From contig JAXLTU010000007.1 in NCBI GenBank assembly GCA_046329885.1, forward strand, positions 4,957 to 68,956: a stretch of DNA of 64,000 bases, read 5' to 3'. Position 1 is the stretch's first letter; each line of letters opens with the position of its first letter. The position numbers and the translations under genes are program-made. This document shows positions 30,271-39,163 of the stretch, one piece after another. The DNA is from Bacteroidales bacterium (GTDB lineage Bacteria; Bacteroidota; Bacteroidia; Bacteroidales; VadinHA17). The notes beneath the pieces were generated by a model that did not search any database, was not told where the DNA came from, and saw only the letters and a program-made list of their open reading frames with translations.

Positions 30271-30471
30271 ATGATAAGACTTCTTTTATTCCTGATCCTC
30301 ATCGTGATGATTTTGAGGATCATTGTTGTAATTGGCAGGCAGGAAGAGGCGAAGAAAAAGGAAAAACCATTCTCGTGGAAAGGATTCCGCGATTACAGGA
30401 AGATGAAGGGATTGCCGAAGGAGCTTGGTGAATATATTGACTTCGAGGAGACCAGGAAAAAAAAGAAGTAG
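30271..30471 (+). CDS. small single-pass membrane protein (DUF4834-like, from memory)
   Basis: ATG at 30271 gives MIRLLLFLILIVMILRIIVVIG, followed by a Lys/Glu-rich tail ending GEYIDFEETRKKKK. The ORF-track start at 30238 overlaps the upstream gene. Confidence 0.45.
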   Translation: MIRLLLFLILIVMILRIIVVIGRQEEAKKKEKPFSWKGFRDYRKMKGLPKELGEYIDFEETRKKKK

Positions 30472-30474
30472 TAA

Positions 30475-31227
30475 CTATCTCTTTTCTTTAAGCTGTTTGG
30501 CCAGGGAGTTGGCGAAAACGAAATCGTTTAGTTTTTCGCATTCGGAGCTGAGGATGTCCTTGTTACTTCCTTCCCAGCACTTCTGCCCTTCACTGATGAA
30601 CACTATCTTCGAACCGATTTCCATCACCGAGTTCATGTCGTGAGTATTAACGATGGTGGTCATACAATATTCCTCGGTAAGCTCCTTGATAAGTTCGTCA
30701 ATAAGTATGGCCGTTTTCGGGTCGAGGCCAGAGTTTGGTTCATCACAGAACAGGTACCTTGGATTCAATGATATTGCGCGGGCGATTGCCACTCTTTTTC
30801 GCATTCCTCCTGAAAGCTCTGCCGGGAAGAGATTGTTGGCATTCAGAATGTTTACTCTCTTCAGGCAGAAATTGACACGATCAGTTTTTTCTTCCATGGT
30901 CTTGTCAGTGAACATGTCGAGAGGGAACCGGATGTTTTGTTCAACAGTGAGTGAATCGAAAAGGGCGCTTCCCTGGAAGAGCATTCCCATTTCTTTTCTT
31001 ATCTCTTTCTTTTCGCTGAAATCAAGCTTGTTGAATAGTTTATCCTGGAACCAGATCTCACCTTCATCGATATCGTGGAGTCCAACTATCGATTTAAGCA
31101 GGACGGTTTTTCCCGATCCACTCTGTCCAATAATAAGGTTTGTCTGTCCTGGTTCGAAGGTAACTGATACGTCCTCGAGAACGGTGCGGCCATAGAAGGC
31201 TTTCGTCAGGTTCTTTACCCTTATCAT
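30475..31227 (-). CDS. mlaF: ABC transporter ATP-binding protein, MlaF-like
   Basis: 250 aa. Walker A is GQSGSGKT, the signature is LSGGMRKR and Walker B is LFCDEP. It overlaps the upstream MlaE-like permease by 4 nt. Confidence 0.7.
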   Translation of the reverse strand: MIRVKNLTKAFYGRTVLEDVSVTFEPGQTNLIIGQSGSGKTVLLKSIVGLHDIDEGEIWFQDKLFNKLDFSEKKEIRKEMGMLFQGSALFDSLTVEQNIRFPLDMFTDKTMEEKTDRVNFCLKRVNILNANNLFPAELSGGMRKRVAIARAISLNPRYLFCDEPNSGLDPKTAILIDELIKELTEEYCMTTIVNTHDMNSVMEIGSKIVFISEGQKCWEGSNKDILSSECEKLNDFVFANSLAKQLKEKR

Positions 31228-31967
31228 GAGAGCAGGATTTGTGTTAGAATAACGTTGAACAGCAGCACGAGCACGCTACTGTAAACAACAGCCCTGGTGC
31301 TCGCCTGGCCCACCTCGAGAGAACCACCCTTAACGTTATAGCCCTGGAAAGCGGAAACGCTTGTTATTATGAAGGCAAAAACGACAGTCTTGATAAGAGA
31401 GTAAGTAATATAATATGGTATGAAGGCATACTGAATCCCGTAAATAAACTGTTCGGTGCTTATTACCCCTGCCTGGGTTCCCGAGATCCAGCCACCAAGT
31501 ATTCCCACGATAATGCTGATCAGCGTCAGGAATGGGTTGAAGATCAGGGTAGCGATCATCTTTGGAAGTATGAGATAGGATGCCGAGTTAACACCCATTA
31601 TCTCGAGGGCATCTATCTGTTCGCTGACTCTCATCGTGCCGATCTCCGATGCAATATTCGAACCAACCTTACCAGCGAGAATAAGGGCTGCTATTGTTGA
31701 AGAAAACTCGAGTATTATAGAATCGCGGCATCCAAGGCCAATCAGGTAAGACGGGTAAATGGGATTTTCAGTGTTGTACGCGGTCTGGAGGGTTATAGCG
31801 GCACCCATGAAGAAAGATATTATCGTCACAATCCCTATTGAATTCACGCCCAGGTAAATGAACTCGCGCATTGTCTGACGATAATATACAGCTGTCTTCT
31901 CGGGTTTTGAAAACACTTTCCCTAGTAGCAGAAAATACCGTCCGAGTAATGTGAAAAATTTTACCAT
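31224..31967 (-). CDS. mlaE: MlaE-family ABC transporter permease
   Basis: 247 aa polytopic protein. The segments ...VGSNIASEIGTMRVSEQIDALEIMGVNS... are characteristic of MlaE/YrbE/Ttg2B permeases. Confidence 0.75.
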   Translation of the reverse strand: MVKFFTLLGRYFLLLGKVFSKPEKTAVYYRQTMREFIYLGVNSIGIVTIISFFMGAAITLQTAYNTENPIYPSYLIGLGCRDSIILEFSSTIAALILAGKVGSNIASEIGTMRVSEQIDALEIMGVNSASYLILPKMIATLIFNPFLTLISIIVGILGGWISGTQAGVISTEQFIYGIQYAFIPYYITYSLIKTVVFAFIITSVSAFQGYNVKGGSLEVGQASTRAVVYSSVLVLLFNVILTQILLS

Positions 31968-31986
31968 GGCTTACTTGATGGAGGTT

Positions 31987-31994
31987 CAAAATTA
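31987..31994 (-). promoter_or_regulatory. candidate -7 promoter box (TAnnTTTG) for mlaE-mlaF
   Basis: Plus-strand CAAAATTA is TAATTTTG on the minus strand, 20 nt upstream of the mlaE ATG. Confidence 0.4.
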
Positions 31995-32052
31995 CAAATA
32001 TTTACTTTATGCAGTGTCTGATTTTAATAAAACCGGGATATCTAATTAATAC

Positions 32053-32060
32053 TATATTTG
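32053..32060 (+). promoter_or_regulatory. candidate -7 promoter box (TAnnTTTG) for manC
   Basis: TATATTTG lies 30 nt upstream of the ATG at 32090. Confidence 0.4.
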
Positions 32061-32089
32061 CAGAAAATCAACATTACTAATATTTTACT

Positions 32090-33175
32090 ATGAACGACAG
32101 GTATGTTCTGATAATGGCAGGCGGTGTAGGTAGCAGGTTCTGGCCTTACAGCAGGCAGGAAAAACCAAAGCAGTTCCTCGATATACTGGGCACGGGCAAG
32201 ACTCTTATCCAACAAACGTTTGAAAGGTTTAAAAGGGTATGTCCCGAGGAAAATATTTACATCGTGACCAGCAACGAGCACAAGGAACAGGTGATGGAAC
32301 AGCTGTCCATAAGCCCTGATAAGATTCTCGCGGAGCCATTAAGGAGGAACACTGCCCCTTGTATCGCTTACGGCACCTTCAGGATAATGAGCGAGAATCC
32401 TAACGCTATTATTGCTGTTACCCCATCCGACCATCTTATTGAAAAGGAAGAGGTATTCAGCGAGGTTATCAGCGCCGGGTTTGATTTCGCGAAGGGTCAT
32501 GATGCGCTTTTAACACTTGGGATACGCCCCGACAGACCGGAAACTGGTTACGGTTATATCCAGGCCAATAACAAGAAAGCCGTGGAAGGGAACGAGAGAT
32601 TCCTTAAGGTGAAGGCCTTTACCGAGAAACCAGATCTCGAACTGGCGAAAGTATTCCTGCAGAGCGGTGATTTCTACTGGAACTCGGGGATCTTTATCTG
32701 GAAGATCAGTACCGTTATGAAGGCTTTCGAAAAGCATCTGCCTGATATTTACTCAGTATTTGATGATGGCAAGGGGTTATATGGAACTGACAAGGAAGAT
32801 TCTTTCATTCTCCGTACCTATACTTCTTGCAGGAGCATTTCAATTGACTACGGAATAATGGAGAAAGCTGATAACGTTTTTGTTGTTTGCACCGACCCTG
32901 GCTGGTCAGACCTGGGCACCTGGAGTTCCCTTTACGAGCATTCAGCAACTGACAAGAGCGGTAATGCAGTGGTGAGAGGGAAAGTTCTTACCTACGATTC
33001 GAAGGGGAACATAATAAACATCGCCCCCGGGAAAGTAGCAGTCCTGCAGGGTCTGGAAGACTATATCGTGGTTAATACCGAGGATGTTCTTCTGGTTGTG
33101 AAGAAAGACTCCGAACAGAATATAAAACAATACCTCGAGGAAGTCAAGAAGCAGACCGGGGAGAAATTTCAATAA
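32090..33175 (+). CDS. manC: mannose-1-phosphate guanylyltransferase
   Basis: 361 aa. It has the nucleotidyltransferase loop MAGGVGSRFWPYSR and motifs FTEKPDLELA and DLGTWSSL of GDP-mannose pyrophosphorylases, with no isomerase domain. Confidence 0.8.
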   Translation: MNDRYVLIMAGGVGSRFWPYSRQEKPKQFLDILGTGKTLIQQTFERFKRVCPEENIYIVTSNEHKEQVMEQLSISPDKILAEPLRRNTAPCIAYGTFRIMSENPNAIIAVTPSDHLIEKEEVFSEVISAGFDFAKGHDALLTLGIRPDRPETGYGYIQANNKKAVEGNERFLKVKAFTEKPDLELAKVFLQSGDFYWNSGIFIWKISTVMKAFEKHLPDIYSVFDDGKGLYGTDKEDSFILRTYTSCRSISIDYGIMEKADNVFVVCTDPGWSDLGTWSSLYEHSATDKSGNAVVRGKVLTYDSKGNIINIAPGKVAVLQGLEDYIVVNTEDVLLVVKKDSEQNIKQYLEEVKKQTGEKFQ

Positions 33176-33207
33176 AAAAACCCCGCCATTGGCGGGGCTT
33201 TTTTTTT
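33174..33207. terminator. bidirectional rho-independent terminator shared by manC and gldN
   Basis: A7 (33174-33180), then stem CCCCGCC (33181-87), loop ATT, stem GGCGGGG (33191-97), then C and T9 (33199-33207). It sits exactly between two convergent stop codons. Confidence 0.85.
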
Positions 33208-34045
33208 AATATTCCCAGAGGTCGTGTTCAAAATTAAAGATCTCTGTCTTTATTCTTTCTGCTTCAAACATCGCATCTTTTCCAACGGTATATTCACTGA
33301 TGAACCTGTCGTTATAAACGTTCGATTCAGCGGTGATATAGCTCGAGAATCTTCTCTGCATGAACATATCGTCGAATGAGATTCTCTGCGCGTCATTTTT
33401 AGGATTGAAAGCTTCTCTCCTGGCGAGGAGGTCTCTTGCCTCGTCGTACCTGATCCAGAAAACCCTGAGCTTCTGTGTCCTGCCCGTGGCCTGGTCGATT
33501 GCAACCCAGATGGGGCATATGCCGATTACTCTTACATCGAGTTTCGAGAGCTTCTTATCGAAATACCATTCTTCATAAAGAAGAAGCTGTTTGATATCCA
33601 TCGGGCTCGATGGCATATTATAAGTGGTATCCTTTGGCAGACCGGTATTAATGTCCTGGATCTGTCGGGTTACCATTCCGGCTCCCATTTTACCCTCAAT
33701 ATCCTGGTATGTAAGCGGTGTAGGCAGTGTGTCGACAGACAGGTTATCGCCATCGTAAGCGTTCAGTTCACCTTTTTTAATAGCTTCGAGTATGACAGCT
33801 GCAAAGTTCTTGCGGCCATCAGCCAGCGGTTCCGTGGGGTAGTAAAGAGGCTGGTTTATTTTTTCCCTGAGGTCTACAACCCTGTATACTCTTTTTGACC
33901 AGATAACATCTGCCTCTCTGAGGAAAGGATAGCTTATCTTCTGGATCTCGGGCAGTTCTTTCTTGTAGATGTCCTTGAATGTCTGTGCATTCATCACGCC
34001 TGCCAGCAAGAGGGACAGTATTCCGGTTAAAAACTTCTTGTTCAT
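33206..34045 (-). CDS. gldN: T9SS/gliding motility protein GldN (PorN)
   Basis: 279 aa. After the signal peptide comes ...[34 protein letters not shown]..., the conserved GldN N-terminal core. It is the last gene of the gldKLMN block. Confidence 0.88.
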   Translation of the reverse strand: MNKKFLTGILSLLLAGVMNAQTFKDIYKKELPEIQKISYPFLREADVIWSKRVYRVVDLREKINQPLYYPTEPLADGRKNFAAVILEAIKKGELNAYDGDNLSVDTLPTPLTYQDIEGKMGAGMVTRQIQDINTGLPKDTTYNMPSSPMDIKQLLLYEEWYFDKKLSKLDVRVIGICPIWVAIDQATGRTQKLRVFWIRYDEARDLLARREAFNPKNDAQRISFDDMFMQRRFSSYITAESNVYNDRFISEYTVGKDAMFEAERIKTEIFNFEHDLWEY

Positions 34046-34062
34046 TTGAGTATCTTGTTAAA

Positions 34063-35718
34063 CTAGTTTACTGTAATAATAATAGGGTTAAGATCAACTT
34101 CTTTTTTATCGGGTCCCATGGCCTTGATTTTCTCGACGTACAGTTTCTTACCCCTGGTTAGCCTGTTGATGTTTGCTTTTTGTTCCTCGGTGAGACGGTT
34201 GTTGCTGCTTGCTGCCGGGACATCAAAACCTTTATCATTAAACGTGATAGTGAACTTGGTTATTTGATACCTGAGGTCAAAATCGAAGTCGGGCATGTTG
34301 GCAAACACTGCCTGCTGTGCCAAAAGGTCTGCTTTCGAGACAGTTGCCTCACCTGTAACGTTCGCGAACATAGCAACCGGTTTTGGAAGGGGCTTTGTCC
34401 TGAAGTCGATGGGAGCGAAGGTCTGAAGCTTCCCGTTTATCTCGGCGCTAACTATAACCTGGGCAATCTGGCCAACCTGTTGAGGAAGTGCCTTCCATTC
34501 ACCCGGGAAAGGAACACCCTGTGAGTTATTGACAGTACCTCTTTCGATGGTACCGTTCTTCATTATTACCCTTATTTTGTCTGAACCAACACCCGGGACT
34601 GATACGCTTATCGGGTTTGGAATACCTGCATAGAGAACGTTCATCGCGGTTGCTGACACAACAACGCTTGATGAGCCGACAGAGTATTCACCATCGAGCG
34701 GATATTTGGCGATAGTACCATCCGGTGCCTTCATTTCAATAAGACCGCCCCATTTTTTTGGACCGATTGATGTAGCACGGACTTTGTAGATTCCCTTGCC
34801 AGTTTCATCGACCGGGAGAGTAGTGTAGTCACCCACCATCTCGTAGTCTTTTGAACCGTCGGAGTTTCTTTTTGTCGTGTAGTTACCAAGTTTGATGGTC
34901 GGAGCCTGTGTTGTATCGGTAGCAGACAGGAATACTTCGGCCTGGTATTCATTCCCGAGCATCACGTAGGTCGAGGTCGGTTTGATAGTGGCGAAGATCT
35001 TGTTGAACTTGAACGAACGTGCGTCGATCTGTTCATAAAGGAAGTTGATAATGTCGGTTTCAGCGTTACGGACGTCAACCTGCATTTTGGAGAGGATAGT
35101 GATAACGGCTACGAGAGGGAGGGTCTGGAAGGTAAGGTTTTCCCATCTTTCTTTTTCTCCCGATTCGTCGAGTCCGTCATCAGTGTTGAAGATACTCTTC
35201 AGCGATTCTTCTATTGACAGGTTTTTACCATTAACTATAGTGATCATGTCGTCGCGGAAGGAATTGATAAGGGCCTTCAGGTCGTTGGCTTTGCCGTTTT
35301 CATTTGAGCCTATCAGTATTTCGGAGGGAACGTTATTCTCATCAATTTTCTTCACTTCGTGGATGATGATTTCTTTTCCCTTGACGGCAAGGTTATCTTC
35401 GCCTTCAGCGGTGTTAATGATCTCGATCTTGAGATCCTGGATATAGTTGAACAGTTCGTCGGCTCGTTGTTTTACCTCGAGGGCTTTTGCCTTTGCCGGA
35501 CCCGCTTTAGCCGGGTTCTGGGCTGCAGCTTTGTCGAAAGCATCATAAATCATGCTGTTTTTGGCAGCATAGTTAGCGATGGTTTTTGTAAGACCCTCAT
35601 CAACTTTCTTAAATGCTTCCACGGCTTCCTTAGACACGTTAAGGGCAAGCATGGCGGTGAGTACGAGGTACATCATACCGATCATCTTTTGTCGTGGAGA
35701 TAGCCTTTCGTGAGCCAT
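34063..35718 (-). CDS. gldM: T9SS/gliding motility protein GldM (PorM)
   Basis: 551 aa. The N-terminus SPRQKMIGMMYLVLTAMLALNVSKEAVEAF is the GldM signature (single TM helix), followed by a long periplasmic region. Confidence 0.9.
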   Translation of the reverse strand: MAHERLSPRQKMIGMMYLVLTAMLALNVSKEAVEAFKKVDEGLTKTIANYAAKNSMIYDAFDKAAAQNPAKAGPAKAKALEVKQRADELFNYIQDLKIEIINTAEGEDNLAVKGKEIIIHEVKKIDENNVPSEILIGSNENGKANDLKALINSFRDDMITIVNGKNLSIEESLKSIFNTDDGLDESGEKERWENLTFQTLPLVAVITILSKMQVDVRNAETDIINFLYEQIDARSFKFNKIFATIKPTSTYVMLGNEYQAEVFLSATDTTQAPTIKLGNYTTKRNSDGSKDYEMVGDYTTLPVDETGKGIYKVRATSIGPKKWGGLIEMKAPDGTIAKYPLDGEYSVGSSSVVVSATAMNVLYAGIPNPISVSVPGVGSDKIRVIMKNGTIERGTVNNSQGVPFPGEWKALPQQVGQIAQVIVSAEINGKLQTFAPIDFRTKPLPKPVAMFANVTGEATVSKADLLAQQAVFANMPDFDFDLRYQITKFTITFNDKGFDVPAASSNNRLTEEQKANINRLTRGKKLYVEKIKAMGPDKKEVDLNPIIITVN

Positions 35719-35771
35719 TTTAAGATTAGGTTAGATTGTTATAAGAAATGAATTCACGTTACACTTTCAAG

Positions 35772-36653
35772 TTACTTGACGTTCATGGCTGCAAGCATGT
35801 TACCGTAGACGCCATTCAAAGCTGTGAGGTTTTCGTTCAGTTTTGAAATCTGTTCGCGGTATTTCTTTGTATCGCCGGCTGAATCGGTTAGGTCTTTCAT
35901 GAGTGACTGCAGTCCCTTGTAAAGAGCTTCTGATTCTTTAGTATGTTCGCCTGCACCCCTGAGCTGGAGTTCATAAGCAGCGTTTAGAGCGGAGAGGTTC
36001 TTGTTAAGAGACTCGAGCTGTTGCTGGTATGATTTTCCACCTGTCTCGATTGTTGATAGTGAATCGGCTATATTCTTGTAATTGGAACCAGTTTCGTTAA
36101 TGACCTTGGTTGTTGACTGGTAAGAATCGTTCAGTTTAGCGAGAGACTCGTCGGCTGATTTCATCGTTTTCATGTAGCTGGTTGAAGCGGCCGAGAGGTC
36201 GCCCATGGCGTTCATGTTGGCCGTGGCCTCGCTCAGTTTTTTCATACCGCCGCCAAGCTTGACGAAAAGGTCGGGGGTTATCTCGGCTTTTTCGAGCATC
36301 TCGTCGAATTTAGCAAGAGCAGCAGAGCCAGCGCCACCGCCACCACCCATGGCACCGATGAATTTAGGGTCGTGGTGTTTACCACCGGCCGGGAGTTCGC
36401 TTTCGTCCTCCGGGATACCGGCGAGTTCGGGATAGACCAGACTCCAGTCTACCTCCTCGTGCAGAGGCTCAAAGGCTGAAAAGAAGAAAATGACTGCCTC
36501 GGTGCAAAGACCAACCGTAAGCATGATACCAGCGAACGGCCAGTGCTGTATTTTAAACAGTGCACCAATGATAACAACGGAAGCACCTAAACCGTAAAGT
36601 TTAGCTATAAAGTTCTTCCAACCACTGCTTTGTACTAATTCTGCTAGGCTCAT
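35772..36653 (-). CDS. gldL: T9SS/gliding motility protein GldL (PorL)
   Basis: 293 aa with two N-terminal TM helices (KLYGLGASVVIIGALFKIQHWPFAGIMLTVGLCTEAVIFFFSAFEP). The cytoplasmic tail is coiled-coil rich. Confidence 0.9.
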   Translation of the reverse strand: MSLAELVQSSGWKNFIAKLYGLGASVVIIGALFKIQHWPFAGIMLTVGLCTEAVIFFFSAFEPLHEEVDWSLVYPELAGIPEDESELPAGGKHHDPKFIGAMGGGGGAGSAALAKFDEMLEKAEITPDLFVKLGGGMKKLSEATANMNAMGDLSAASTSYMKTMKSADESLAKLNDSYQSTTKVINETGSNYKNIADSLSTIETGGKSYQQQLESLNKNLSALNAAYELQLRGAGEHTKESEALYKGLQSLMKDLTDSAGDTKKYREQISKLNENLTALNGVYGNMLAAMNVK

Positions 36654-36681
36654 ATACCTGATTATTTTAGGGTTTGTTTAT

Positions 36682-38025
36682 TTAGTTGACTCCAATATAT
36701 GATCTCACGTTACGGAACCCGACATATGGTTTGGTGGAATCCTGGTATTCATAATCCCTCGTGCTTGTCTGGAGGAAATATGCAATGTCCTTCCATGAAC
36801 CGCCCCTGATGACTTTTCTCTTCATGATCGGGGGATCCTGTGGTTTGGCATTGTACTCGTAATTCGGGTTGAGGTCGTGCGTGAACACGTATGAATCGGG
36901 ATGATAGGCGCAGGAAGTCCATTCTGCAACGTTACCTGACATATCATAGAGTCCGAACTCGTTTGGTTCGTATGAACCGACTTTGAAAGCGTAAACTGAA
37001 CCATCGTCTACATAGTTACCCCTGAGTGGTTTGAAGTTCGCGAGGAAGCAACCCTTGTAGTTACGGGTGTAAGGTCCGCCCCATGGGTACATCGAAAGGT
37101 CGAGGCCACCCCTGGCGGCATATTCCCATTCGGTTTCAAGCGGGAGCCTGTACGACTGCACGTCAGGAATACCCTGTTTGCGGAGAGCCGTGTTCATGTA
37201 GTCTGTCCTCCAGATACTGAATGCCCTCGCCTGGATCCAGGAAACACCCACCACGGGATAATCGTCGAATGACGGGTGCCAGAAATATATTGAAGCCTGC
37301 GGGTCGTTGAACGAATACGTGAAATCCCTGATCCAGCAAAGTGTGTCGGGATAAACGTTTACCATATCGCGCATGATGAATGCTGAACGGTTGGTGACAT
37401 CAGATTTGACTCCCTCGAGGTTGGTTGCCTGTCCTTCATACCTGCCTGTACCTGCTTTATAATCGTATTTGTAAGGAACAGCGGCTGCCTGCTTGTAGTC
37501 AACCCAGAAATAGGTATAATTCATCTTCCTGGTGTCGTACTGTTTCCTGCCATTGAATCTTTCTTCAGGAGGATAGTACATTTCCTCGACAATATTCTTG
37601 GTATTTTCCTCTTCGAAATCTATTTTCTCTTCCCAGTTAAGAACCTTGGGTTCGATAACGTTACCCTCGTCGTCAACCATGTAGTATTCTCTTCCCTCGA
37701 TGCCGGCATCGCCCAGCTTGGTCCTGAGGATGGAATCTCTAACGTAATAAACGAACTGGCGATATTTGTTGTTGGTTATTTCAAACTGGTCCATCCAGAA
37801 AGCCTCGACAGTCACCGACTTGGAGATGGTGTTCTGCGCGAAGACTGCATCCTGATCGCTCGGGCCCATGGTGAAATTACCGGCGGGAATAAATGCCATT
37901 TCCATCGGCTCAGGTTCAAAGTACTTCTTCCTCCCCTGAACCCCGGTAAGCTCCCCGTTATTAGAAGAACCACAACCGCTTAACAGGATTACTACTAAAA
38001 GACCAATCAGAATTACCTTTTTCAT
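36682..38025 (-). CDS. gldK: T9SS/gliding motility lipoprotein GldK (PorK), FGE-sulfatase fold
   Basis: 447 aa. The lipobox is LLSGCGSS. SUMF1/FGE-type motifs are present (GVSWIQARAF, WEYAARGG, GNVAEW, VIRGGSWKD). Confidence 0.9.
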   Translation of the reverse strand: MKKVILIGLLVVILLSGCGSSNNGELTGVQGRKKYFEPEPMEMAFIPAGNFTMGPSDQDAVFAQNTISKSVTVEAFWMDQFEITNNKYRQFVYYVRDSILRTKLGDAGIEGREYYMVDDEGNVIEPKVLNWEEKIDFEEENTKNIVEEMYYPPEERFNGRKQYDTRKMNYTYFWVDYKQAAAVPYKYDYKAGTGRYEGQATNLEGVKSDVTNRSAFIMRDMVNVYPDTLCWIRDFTYSFNDPQASIYFWHPSFDDYPVVGVSWIQARAFSIWRTDYMNTALRKQGIPDVQSYRLPLETEWEYAARGGLDLSMYPWGGPYTRNYKGCFLANFKPLRGNYVDDGSVYAFKVGSYEPNEFGLYDMSGNVAEWTSCAYHPDSYVFTHDLNPNYEYNAKPQDPPIMKRKVIRGGSWKDIAYFLQTSTRDYEYQDSTKPYVGFRNVRSYIGVN

Positions 38026-38072
38026 AACGCGTTAGGATTTTATATTGCAAGTAAGTTATTTTTTTTAAATTA

Positions 38073-39017
38073 TCATAAAAATCTAATACTTTTATATTTC
38101 ATCGGGCTTTTACCCAGACTGATATCAAAACAATAGTTCACCATGAATTCGTGCGATCCACTGGTGCTCTTCCTCACGTCGGTAAGTGGGAAATCGTACG
38201 CGTAACCGACCCTCAATCCGTTGTACAGTTCAAAGCCTGCCATACCTATCAGAGCGTCACCTGCCCTGTACGCGAGACCACCCCAAACCTTCTTGTTATA
38301 CCTCACCGTGGCGTTGACTGTTACCTGGGCTGCCTTACCATCGCTGAATGCAAATACTGAAGGCAGTAATTCGAGCGATGGATTAGGAAGTTGCATGATG
38401 TAACCAGCGGTGAAATAGTAATGTCTGCTTATGTAAGGAACTCCCTTTGTGAATTTTATCTTGGGCTCATTCAGATGGGTTATGGACACCCCGGCATAAT
38501 ATTTGTCGGTGCGAAAATACGCGCCTACGCCGGCATCAAACGCCACGAAGCTTTCCTTATTCTCGGGTATGAGAGGGTCGCCCGAGGCTGGTGTGTGGGC
38601 GTCGCCGTTAGGGATAACCCATTCCGGTGAAAGCGTCGTGTTGTACATTCCCAGTGATAGGCCAATACCCAGTTTCCCGGGGCCGAGATCCATGATGTAT
38701 GAATAGATGCCCGATAATCTTATGTCCTTGTTGAATCCTGTTTTATCACTTTCAACGAGCAGTCCTGCTCCAGACCGTGTCTTGAGGAATCTGAAAGGAG
38801 TGCTTACCATGAACATGGTTGTCACAGGTGCACCCTCGAAGCCGACCCATTGCTGTTTACTCAGTGCCGTGGCGCACACCATTCCTGAAATACCTGCAGC
38901 GGCGGGGTTAAACGACAATGTGCCGTACATGTACTGGCTGGTCAGCGGATCCTGCTGGGCAGTCACGATACAAGCCGGGGCGAGAAAAGCAAGTATTATT
39001 AATCTTAGCTTTTTCAT
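38073..39017 (-). CDS. porP: T9SS membrane protein PorP/SprF family
   Basis: 314 aa. After the signal peptide comes AQQDPLTSQYMYGTLSFNPAAAG...QQWVGFEGAPVT, the PorP/SprF N-terminal signature. It lies immediately upstream of gldK, as in the porPKLMN operon. Confidence 0.85.
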   Translation of the reverse strand: MKKLRLIILAFLAPACIVTAQQDPLTSQYMYGTLSFNPAAAGISGMVCATALSKQQWVGFEGAPVTTMFMVSTPFRFLKTRSGAGLLVESDKTGFNKDIRLSGIYSYIMDLGPGKLGIGLSLGMYNTTLSPEWVIPNGDAHTPASGDPLIPENKESFVAFDAGVGAYFRTDKYYAGVSITHLNEPKIKFTKGVPYISRHYYFTAGYIMQLPNPSLELLPSVFAFSDGKAAQVTVNATVRYNKKVWGGLAYRAGDALIGMAGFELYNGLRVGYAYDFPLTDVRKSTSGSHEFMVNYCFDISLGKSPMKYKSIRFL

Positions 39018-39163
39018 TTCTTCACACAGTCACATTCAGCGCCTATTGAACAGGTAAAATAAATAAAAATCTCCGCATCAAACAAATTTCCTACATTTAT
39101 TTGATGAAACCTCCGGCGTTACCGGCAGGTAACACCTTATAACGTAAAAATTTTGAAAATGTT

